From: Phoronis australis
Lineage: Eukaryota; Animalia; Phoronida
Direction of reading: 5' to 3'
NCBI GenBank assembly: GCA_002633005.1
Contig: NMRA01000769.1
Span: forward strand, 84,476-148,475
DNA: 64,000 nt
The first letter of the stretch is position 1, and each line of letters begins with the position of its first letter. Positions 35,700 through 47,600 of the stretch are shown here, one piece after another. The translations under genes were made by a program, and so were the position numbers. The notes beneath the pieces are model-generated. The model was not told where the DNA came from, did not search any database, and worked only from the letters and a program-made list of their open reading frames with translations.

Positions 35700-38600
35700 C
35701 TGAAATCAAATCAAAATTGAATGAAGCCATTTGACCAAAGTGCCAGCCTTGAAACAGGTCGGCTCTCAACATCCATTAAGTTACAAATTGTTGATAATTT
35801 TGATCTAGATATGCCTTTGATACAAAAAGGGAGAAAATAGTAAACAGTGTGGGCTTTATAATACTCTTTTTACTGATGGATGTCCACCTCATTGTATGCC
35901 ACCCACATGTCCACACTGATAATGGCCAATATTTTGGTATTGATAACCAACACACCATGACCTCACGTTAAGATGGAGTTAAGTGTCAAGGAATCACTGA
36001 CTTTGATAACCAACACACCATGACCTCACACTAAGTTATAGAATAGAAATGAGTGCCAGGCAATCACTGACTTTGATAACCAACACACCATGACCTCACA
36101 CTAAGTTATAGAATAGAAATGAGTGCCAGGCAATCACTGACTTTGATAACCAACACACCATGACCTCACACTAAGTTATAGAATAGAAATGAGTGCCAGG
36201 CAATCACTGACTTTGATAACCGCCACACAACGACCTCACACTAAGTTGTAGAATGGAGACGTCAGAAAATCAGTGTACCTTATCAGCAGCGGCCAGATTG
36301 GACAATTGGCGTACAATGATGTCAATCATGACTCGTGCATCATTTGTATACAACAGTCTGGCTGTATCAGCACTAGTGAAGAGATCCTGCAGGAACTTGA
36401 TGACAGAGTTTGTGTTGCTTGAACTGTGCTTTAACAGCTGTACAGGGTCATCTGTTGGCACAGAGAACAAGGTGTTCATATATTTAATATTCAGAAAAAA
36501 ACACGAGCTCAATAATATCCCTTGTACCATAAGCCATCAGGGTACTGGCAGAAATCTTTGTGCCACATGGTCACCTACGGGTGGTGCATGGCGATTGTCA
36601 AGCAATTCCTGGTGGTTGTTACTTGCAAGGAGGCGCAGGTAAATAGCTGGTTATTCACTGCCTCTTTTCAACTTGGGTTTAGTGTTCATGATTTCAGCTG
36701 CTTCTCTGATTTTACGATTACAATATTTATTTTTTTTTTGGATAGTATTTGACTGTGGTTTTGCAAATGCCATGTCCATACAGAAAACACCTCCTCACAA
36801 GTAACAGCCACCAGGTGGTGTTTAACAATTGCCAAGTACTACCCACAGGTAGCCAAGTGACACGAGCAGTCTTGCAAGAACCCCGACGAAGGGCCCAAGA
36901 TGGGCTCGAAAGCCAGGTCTGCAAATACAAACAGGTTGCCGATAGGTAACTACTTTATTCCCTACACTATGTAACAGTGCCCGTAATGAAATTTATTCTA
37001 CCATTTTTGTACCATATTTTAGAAATTGGTTTGTTATTTCAAGTATATTCAATCACTGTTGCATGCCACTTCATCCAGCATCAATTAAGTAATTGTAGGA
37101 CTGAACCACCTTAAAGCCACTACACACAAGGAAAATATCGCTTTCCTCACTCACACACATAGCAATTTACAGACTCAATGTATCATAAAATCTAACCTTC
37201 ATTCTCATCTCATAACTTTAAAGCTGCAATGACCCTACCCACCTCTAGAAAACACTACTTCTGATTAGGCAACACAGTGTTTTAAAACTGTTCGCAGGTT
37301 ATTCTAGTTTTTTCTGGGTTTGGAAAAAATGTCAGTTCATTATGGCGCAAGGCAATGCACAGCCCACCTGAGGAGCGGATGAGCTGAGCTTCATTACTAT
37401 CCATATGTACCGGCACTTGAGTACTAGTGTACTGCCCCTATCTTTATGTACCAGTACTTGAGTACTGGTGTACTGCCCCAATCTTTATGCACCAGTACTT
37501 GAGTACTGGTGTACTGTCCCAATGTTTATGTACCAGTACTTAAAAGGGAACTGTAATTTATTCTGAATAAATTCTGGATAGTTTGCTATGAATTGTTGAT
37601 TAATTTCACAAATAATTCAACACCAAAAATTAAACTTATATTCTCTAACGAAGCTAAAAAAATTACCGGCTTGGAGAGCTGCTTAGTCTCATGACGTATT
37701 TGGCGGGGGCAAAGTCACTGTCCTGTGTTAGCGTGCAATCAAGTAGCGTTTTTCATATTGTCGGAATAAGAAATTTTAGTGTGAAATGTCGGGTCACCAG
37801 GGATACCTGTTTGAGCCGAGGCAACACAAAGTGATACCCAGTCATCGTCATCGTCAGACGAAAATTTGCCGGTGCAACTGGTGTCAGTGACTGTGCCGAG
37901 GGCAATGTGGACTCTAGCCATCCAGTCAGCCAGCTGTCAGCCAATACTCCGGCAGCTCTGTAAACTTGAAGGGTTGGTAAGTTACCTACTGTAGCTGTAT
38001 GAAGACTATCGTACCACTGTGTGTTGAGCTCCGTTAACCCCGAAATTTCAGACAGCCGTTGACTACCCGGGTATAGTTGACTCAGTTATGCTCGTCACCT
38101 CGTCGTAAAACTTAGGCTACATCAACATATAAAGCTAACGGACCGGCGGGGGCGCATGCAAAATCTGGTATAGTCACCCGACACTCCCATTGTTCGTTGC
38201 AGCCGTTTAAATGGAAAACAATCAAATAAACGTCATTTGGTAGCATAATTTGCCGCCTTTTTAACAAAGAAGTGTGTCGTCCGTTTCAAGAACAGCACGC
38301 TCGTGACACGGCGCACGCGCCATTTCATAAAAATTTGAGACGTCTTTCGGGACATGATAACAGCTTCGCAGCACCAAGGTTGTTCTAAAATTCGGTTTGC
38401 TGATGTAAAAATACTAAAAACTTGAAACAAAATGAAACAAGCTCCGATAATTTGTTATAACATGTACGCAACCTAGGTACCGTCAGCGACGAACACTTGA
38501 TAAAAGAATCAGGGGGAAAAGAAACTGGTAAAGGTCAGGTGACGTAATCGCAAAAAGCCGAGAACACATCACAATTTTACTAGCAGCAGCCGATGAACGA

Positions 38601-41600
38601 TCGCTAACATTTCCAACACCGGTAAATACAGAAGTTAGTTTACTCTAGGAACCTGGTTCCTAGGTTTACTCAAGGATGACTTAGTTTTAATGACATTTAT
38701 TTGAGTCAGATTTTATTTGTACATTTTTTACCCATATCGGCTAAAACCTGTAGGCCCATATCTACACTGAGCTTTGGGCCAAGGCTTGGGTAACCCGGCG
38801 ATGGTATGCGATGACCATCCCTTTAGAAGACGCCTTTTTCGAAGAGTTTGAGCAACCAGGTGCCATACAAAAAGGCATAGCGAACCTTTTACAGCACTGT
38901 GGCAAACAATAAAAAATAAGGACGATTGATACAATGATAAATTACGATGTAAACTCTTCAAATATGACATGAGCAATGAATGTGTAAAGCAGCCGATACC
39001 CCGCCGTTCACGTCACTGACGCATCAGCCAATCAGCGATCGCTTTCAGAATTCTGTGTTTTGACCATGAATTCGAATTGGCTTTAGTTTGGCACGCAAGT
39101 CAGGCAAATGTGAGTTTTATTTGTATGTTAGAACCGATTAACTGCAACATTATTTTGACTACAGTCCCCTTTTAAGTACTGGTGTACTGCCCTACATACT
39201 GAATGCCTACCTTCCCTATTAAAAAGAAGTAATATTTTCTCAGTGATTGTCTTTGCCGTGCCATGACGACCTAGTTCCTTCATCACGATATTATCCATCA
39301 CTGTCTCAAAGTGAAGGTTGAACGCCAACAGAAGGTTAACAAACATGTCCGGCACCTGGTCATTGGCATCGTCAACAGGGGGCACTTCTATGTGGTCCAG
39401 CAGAAACCGAACAAAACCACCATTAAGATGTTCTAAAAAGATAATATCAAAAACATACACTGGGTACTGCATAATCACAAGCTGACCATTATCTGCAGAG
39501 AACGAGGACAGACTGAGAGCATTCCCAACAAAATGAGGGGATAATTTAAAATATTTTAGTTAGCCTAGACGAGATGTTGCTAGAACATGATCCTGCCTTC
39601 TATATAATGCCGTAACTTGAAGTAACACTGCCAGAAGTATGAGTGCTCAAGTGTGGTTGGACTTCATGTTCTGTGGTTAAGGGTGTTTGTTTGCTGTAAG
39701 GATTTTTGAAGCACGTCACAAGGGTGCGTGCAGTTGGTTATTTCCACAAGCTTCAAAAAATACTCAATTTCCACCAAAATCAACACATCTGGCATCATAC
39801 TTTACCATAATGATTGAAGGGTACCGTCTCTCCAGTCGAGAATATCATGGTCAAAACAAGTGACGAGTAACAGAGCTTCTGAATATCTGAAAGAAAGTCA
39901 ATCACTTGAGAGACAGCGCCATCTTGAGGCTTGGGGATGAGGTTGAGACACTCTTCCACAATTATATTATTCATCAAGCTAAAAGCTAGCAAAGCACTCA
40001 GTAAAACCCAGTAGGTGATGCAGCATTACAAAAATACAAGTTTGCATTTTAAAGCAATATAAAATGGGACACTAGACTGCCCACTGATTTAAACTGAACA
40101 TTAAGCAGCCAGCACTTGTACTGCCAGTGTTTATTTGTACCATAGGAATGCAGAAAACTAAAGAAATCGTCAACACATAGAAATTCAGCAAACAAATATT
40201 ATGGAAACAAGTGTAATATGCAAAGAAATTGCCATTTAAAATCAGAATAATTTCTTGTAAACGGAATGATAAAATTCACATCTCCCAACAAGTCGTCTCC
40301 AGACTCAGACCTTTAAATATGTCCATATATACTTATGGTGAGACCTAAGTCAAACATGAATTTGTTAAAACATTATTTTGAAATACTGAAAAAAAGACAC
40401 GATGCATACCTTTTGTGTCTGTCTGAATGTCCCTGGCAAGTTCAAGAGGAAGAATAGAACAGAGCAGCAGAGTAACGACCTCTGGTGACAATGTGCAGAG
40501 TGAACCAAACACCTGCAGAAGCAGTAACCGGATGGAGGTCCGACACTCCTGCAAAAGTGTTGGCAATCACGAACATGCTCACTAAGGTGCCCTTAAAATA
40601 TTTTTGCCCTCACCTCACCTGAAGTCCAAGGACGGGCGGGAAAACAAACTTAATTTTAGTTTACACCCCATCTGTAGTCAGGAATAGTCACTTGACAGTA
40701 CTCACCACCTAGGCAAGATGAACAGTATTTAACATTTGTACTCCATCTATTGGCAAGATTAGAAGTACTTGTGGTACTGGTATTCATTATTCACACCCCA
40801 TCTGTTGGAGGAGATTAGCAGTACCTCCTTGTGGTACTCACCATTTACACCCCATCTATTAGCAAGATTATAAGTACTTGTGGTATTCACTATTTACACC
40901 CCATCTGTTGGAAAGATTAGTTACCACTTACACCCATCCATTGGCAGAGATTGGCAGTACCTACTTGTGGTACTCACCACTTACACCCCATCTATTGGCA
41001 AGATCAGTAGTATTTGCAGTACTCACCATTTGATAATACTGAACTAAAGATTGCACAGCCTCATACTCATCCTCGGCTACAACACGGCTACAAATGGACT
41101 GATTTGCATCACTCTGGAAGTTTTAAATGATTTACATGGTTTTGAAATATTCTCATTCAACAATCACCAAAATTATTAAATATTTAAACTGTCTGTCCCT
41201 TGAACCTCAATGTTCTTTAGTTCATGCAACTCATTAAACCAAGTACAACCAGTTCTCATTACCTTCATTATCACTTTACCACTTAATTGCATTATATTTA
41301 CCAGTTTAAAATTAGTTCATAAAATCATTTTTTAAAATGATTTAATGAACTTAAAAGTATAAATAATGTTTAAAAATAATATACTGCTAATTTTGATTTT
41401 ATTTAGGGGAGATCATACCAGTTTAAAATTAGTTCATAAAATCATTTTTTAAAATGATTTAATGAACTTAAAAGTATAAATAATGTTTAAAAATAATATA
41501 CTGCTAATTTTGATTTTATTTAGGGGAGATCATACATCAACCACATGGTAATAGTGTCCAAGAATAAAACTAACGTGTGACTTTCAAACTGACATGCGAC

Positions 41601-44600
41601 TTTCAAATGACATGTAAAAAAGGCCACTTGACAATAAGTGACAGAGAAGAAGGACACCCCTCAGCTGACCACTATTCAATGTAACTTGTTGATCAAATAT
41701 TAAACAGTAACAAAACAGAAATAAACTCAGAACCTAATCCTTGGAACCTCTTTCACATGAAGCAAAAATTTCAGACTTTCAAGAAATTGCATAAAACTAT
41801 CTGAGAATGCTATTGTCACACCTACCAGGATGGAGATGAGCTGGTCCAACATTTCAGTAATCATGCCTTCGTCCTCATATAGACTCCAACTTCTCTGTTG
41901 AGAGTCATCCTTACACTCGCACAGCTTCATGAAGATTGACCTCAGTTTCTCAGCATCCTCACTCTGCTCAAGGCTTTCACACGGCAACTACACACCAATG
42001 AAGTAGTGACTCGAGACAAAATCAATTGATCTATTTTGCATTGATCTATTTTCATCAACCTTTAGCTTAGACTTTATTTCTCCTGTCATCTTTAGGTGTC
42101 AAAGTGTTTTCAGAAGAATGGGGACAGGAATATGGTACACTAATGAGCACTTTTTGAAATTGTTAGCACACGTGAAAATTTCAAAAAATGTTCATAATGA
42201 AAGTACCACATATCACTTGGCTACCAGACGGTGGGAGAAATAGACAAATGAAATGTTGAGGCTGAAAGTTGATGCAAATAGATTTTACAATGATGTCATT
42301 CATTACAATACCATATGATTTTCGGAAGTTTTTTTATCAAACATGTTTAAAGAGTTATATGAGATACAAATATCCAAGGATATTCCTGACCAGGTGTGAA
42401 CCTGTGCCCTTTGGGCGCACCTGATGATAAAAAGTGTGCCTTCTTCAAAAAGTTGTGCCCAGAACATTTAGTGTAATTAAAGTGGTAACATATGAAACAG
42501 AAACCCCAAAGGCAATCAAAATAACAGCAGAGTCATCTTTTACCTAACTGTCTGTAAGTTGACTAAAATCTTGCATTTTTGGAAGAATGCTGCATTTTAA
42601 AAAATGTGCAGGGGGGGAACTGCCGCAATGTAATGCGCATTTTTATTTTTTATGCGCTAATGGCACAAAGGCACAGTCCAGGAATATCCCTGCATCTCTG
42701 TGAGATATGAGGGGATACTAATACCATCCTCCAGATTGAAGACAGTCTATGAAAACGATCTGCTTTTTCAGACTACGAGCCTGGTATTTGCAGGGACAGT
42801 GGAGGAGAATGATCACAATCATGAAATGTGGCCAATGGAATCACTCCTACATCCTGCACTAAGTATTGCCATCCCTACGCCCTGCACTAAATATTATTGT
42901 ATTCTGCGCCACCTAGTGGCCATGCACTAACTATTGCCATTGTTTACCTGTTGATGTAGAAGTTCAGCTACAACATCCATCAAAGAACTTATCTCAGTCA
43001 CATTTTCTCCCAACACAGCAATTACCGTTTGCACAGCGATTACCGACTTGCCATAACTAAGTCCCGTACTCCGACGTACAGCTTCAACCAGATCACTACC
43101 CAGCCGTGTATTCCGACGCACGGTTTCAAGTACACCTTTATCTAATTCAAACCGTAATAGAGACTTTCTGTCAGCACCCACTTCCTCAGGCCTTGCTTGA
43201 TTTTGCACAAGTTTGTCTTTGTCTCCATCACACTGATTACTAGAGGAACAGCTAGCGCCACCTGTGTTATGACTATCACTAAGAGTGTTGAGCACATCTG
43301 TATTCAAATCAGCAGCACAGAGCATCCGTGTTAAAGATGCACCCATCAGATCAGACGTCTTCTCTCTCCTATGTGACACGTGCTGCACCGCGTCTGTAGT
43401 CAACTGTGGAGGTGGTGGGGGTGCTGCTCGTCGTTTGCTGGACTGACGCTTTGAGACTATAAAAGAAAGGGGTTGAGATAAAAAAGTGATTTGAGGCAAC
43501 AAAGGAGGCCAACTTTTTAGTTGCAAGCTGTCACATTGAAATTTATCATCAGAGGCAACTGAGAGAACAGAATTTCAGGCTGCAGTAGCAAAAATTCCGT
43601 CAACGTTCACTGAACACATTCTTATGAGAAAAAGGCTGAACCCATTTGATATGGGATGTTATTAAGATGATCCAAATTGTAACCACCAAGCTCACGTCCG
43701 CCAAGCTCACGTCCACCAAGCACACGTCCGCCAAGCACACGTCCGCCAAGCACACGTCCGCCAAGCACACGTCCGCCAAGCACACGTCCGCAAAGCTCAC
43801 ATCCGCCATCTTGTTTATTCACTCATGAGGAGTCAGGATATCTCTTTTTTTACATTTTGCATTTTATTGAAGAAGTACATTGATTAGGAATACACTCTAT
43901 CAACATCATATGTTTTTAAACATTTTTATTAAAATACAATATACGAAACAAACTGTGACAAAAAGACAACAAATTATAAAATAAGTAATGACTGGTATAA
44001 AGCAAACTCTAACAAGATTATTGTCTTCACTTCCTTTCATGAATCATAAATTAATTAAAACAATGTTGTAAGCGATGAAAACCAGCTTTGGAAAGGATGT
44101 TGTATAATATTCTGAAGCAGCTGTGTGCAGGAGCATCTACCTTGCGTATACCTAGAATGGACTTATTGATTTTTCAACCAGTTAATGTGTACCAAAGGGA
44201 TGATTCAGGTGAATAAGTGCATTACAAGGGAAGACTCTTGTATGGGTTATGGGGCAAAGCCCCAAGAATGGTACGCAATTTACTATAGGTAAATACCTGC
44301 TTGGGGTAGAGTTCCTCCTAGTAAGGTTATTTCAATATCAAGGATGTCTATTTTTATGTAGACGTGTAGACTCCAGTGGTTAAAGTGTAAGTTTGCCTAT
44401 AGATGGAGTTACCAGTCTGCCAGCTAAGGGTTACCGGTCTTCCTGTAGATGAGATCCTGCCAGAAGATGGGGCTACTAGTCCACCAGTAAATGGTGTAAC
44501 TACTCTGGAGTTCCTTCTAGGGTTTTCATGAAATTTCGGAAATAGGGTTCTGTTAGGGAGGCAACGAACGACACCTTCCCAATTTCCTACGGGTGTGACA

Positions 44601-47600
44601 TATTTTGCGCCATCTAGTGGCCTTTTCATGATAGCAATAAACATATTACCTAGAAGCATACTGAAGAGAGAGATGGATGCTAAAAATGGACCCAACAATT
44701 TCAATAATGGCCACTAGGTGGCACAGAAAATGACAGATCCGTCTGAAATGGTTAGGGGTTGTCGTCTCCTAACATATTTGCCAAGTTTTAGGAAATTCTA
44801 TAATGGAATTTTGAAGATGCAGAGGAAACGTAAAAAAATAAAACTGTCACAAGGGGGCACAGCACTCATACTGGTTCAAAAGTCGTCGCCATCGTTTATG
44901 ACATTCAGAGAAAAACACTCGCAAAATTTCACAAAAAAATCCTGCAAGGGGTTACGGAAATGCAACCACACACCCAAGAATGCCATGAAGGGACACCTCA
45001 GTGCTAAGATCTGTCCAAAAATCAACAGCCATGGACTTTTCAGAAGCAACACATCTGCCAATTTTCATGATGACCCTTCAAGCAACATGGCAGAAAAACA
45101 GGTGGACACAAAAACACTGGCCACAACATGGCGCACAATACGTCAGAACTGTCCAAAAATGGAAAAGAGTCATTACCTCACTAACTGCTATTATTATGAT
45201 ATCCATTATACAAAAACAGCAACACAATAATTTAATGTTCACTATAATTATTAAAAACAATTATGATAATAACTAAAGATCATAGATTACATAAATTTTA
45301 TCCATCATTTGAATACAACAGCAGCCTGATGTACTTAAGATATTACTAGATTGTACTCCCTACTCATCACTTCCATCACATTTAACATGTTTATGATTAA
45401 ATGGAATTCATGACAAAGCTTAGATAACAAATCAAACCCCTCCCAAGAAGACGTCACTTTAACCTCGTACACTTTAATTAATTAAGACACGCAGGCCACG
45501 ATTAATCACAACTCTCTTAAGGCTTCATGTTTACCATGTCACAGTCCAGGTTGACTGGCATCTCAAAAGATCCTACATCAAATTTAACTGGGAATCCTGA
45601 TAACTGCCTAATTACAAGGTAATTATGTGGCCAGATCAGGTAAGTGAGGATGACAAACGGAAGCTAGTCAACAAACATCACGTCTGCCATTGAACACGTC
45701 AGAAGCACAGCTACAGTGACAACAAAGTGTGTTGCAGTAGAGGGCTTTGTAGACCAGATGGTGTTGAAGGATGGAAACAATGGAACAAGAACATTCATGG
45801 AATGCCTCTAACTACAGCGACAGTTTCACAGAGGAACAATGGATGCCTGTAGTATATTCACTTGTGGACGCACTGCTCTTCATGGTTATCTGTGGAGGTA
45901 ATTTGTTGGTGATCGTTGCCTATCATCGCTCAAGTAGACTTAAAACTGTGACCAACTTCTTCATAGTGCACTTAGCCTATGCTGACCTCTGTGTTGGCGC
46001 CACCTTACCTTTCCACATTGCCACTTTCCTGTCCAAAGAATTCCTGAAGAATTTCATGGTATGTCTGCTACGCTACGTTGTCGTCATTGTGTCAGTATCC
46101 CAGTCTGTCATGACATTGCTGCTCATGACGATTGACCGATACGTCATCATTGAGAAACCTTTTGAGCATGACCACATCATGTCACCAGCCAAGACTCGTC
46201 TAGCGGTCACTCTGACGTGGCTGATAGCAGTGGTGTTAGGCTTTGTATCACCCATGCTGTGGAACAATGGACCAACGTCATACCATGCAAACGCATGTCA
46301 CCTGACAATAATCCTCACTAAACAATACCTGTGGATAGTTCTTTTTCCAAGCTTCCTGGTCTGTGCATTGATCATCATCATTTTGTATGCCTTACTCTTC
46401 AAGACAGCACGAGAGAAGATGAGGCAGTCAATGATGACAAACCCTAACCATCAACAGTTCAAGTCAGACATGAAGACGTCCAAGACAGTCGGTATGGTAC
46501 TCGGTTTCTTTGTCATGTGCTGGCTGCCCTTCATGGTGATAACCGGCTTCGAGACATTCGGCAGCACTGATTTGAACCAAGCCATGGCCATCGATCACAG
46601 CCGAGGGTTTGTTAACCTGATGGTTGTACTTAATTCTGGACTCAACCCATTCATCTACGCTTTCAGAATGAGAGACTTCAAGAAAGAGTTCAAAAGAATG
46701 CTCAGGTGTCCCAAGAAAATAGGAGCCTCATCAGCATCTATGCATGCTTCTAACTCTGGCCACGCAGACCGACACACCAGGCCTGACTAAATACGGGCTC
46801 AATGACAAATTATTATTGAAACTTATTCAATGAGAGGGCAGCGATAGTTCACACTTTGCACTCTCAATGGCAGCACAAACTAAGATTTATCAATGATGTG
46901 ATGAGCTGAAGCACCCGAAAAGTTGGTCGGGCATTTTACAACTGCTAGACTTCAACAATTGTAGCTTGATAATATGTTTGGGGTGAAATTCATTCTACTG
47001 TCACTAAGAAATGTTTGTGTTGACTTTTCTTTTATTACCAGTTCCTATAGTTTAAGTAGTGAACTGATTGGAAAGAAATGTTTTTCTGGGTCTCTAGAGT
47101 GGCTATGGAACTGCTTTCCATTACAAAAACTAAGTTTCGATTTGAGTCACTTTATGATATTTGCCCTCGAGTCGATTTGGGATTGGAAAGAAGTGACAGC
47201 TGATCATTGCTTGAGACCAGTCACTTACAGTCACAAGCAATAACAAACAAACAATTTACTCACTGTTCAGAAACCATGTCTCTAAGGAGCATGTAAACCA
47301 GTTTTATAGCGGTAAGCGGTCTAAAATAAAGGTTAATTTCTTTGACTGCAGTTTTAAGTTAGAGGGAAGGTATTATTTAATAACAATTTTTTATGAGGAC
47401 ACGACTTCGGGATTACAGAATGGCTCCATTTATCATGACACCAAATTAAAGTAACTGAGTCAGTAAGAACAGCAGAAGTCATTATTAAACCGACAACATA
47501 TTATTTGAATGGAGGTGGGAAGGCGGTCAATAAAAGTCCACATCAGGCACAGTCATTGAACTAGTGCAGTCTTGCATTAAACTCAGACATGGCTCACGCA

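Noticed and set aside
35940-36260. Regular repeats as a CRISPR-like array (also 48361-48725)
   Set aside because: No unique spacers, eukaryotic intronic context and no cas genes; these are minisatellites.
43600-43828. Pentapeptide-repeat-like ORFs (LADVC/KHTSA)
   Set aside because: Translations of a 15-bp intronic tandem repeat that is open in several frames.
44718-45230. 170-aa ORF upstream of the GPCR
   Set aside because: Non-ATG start, lies within a dispersed repeat and has no recognisable domain.
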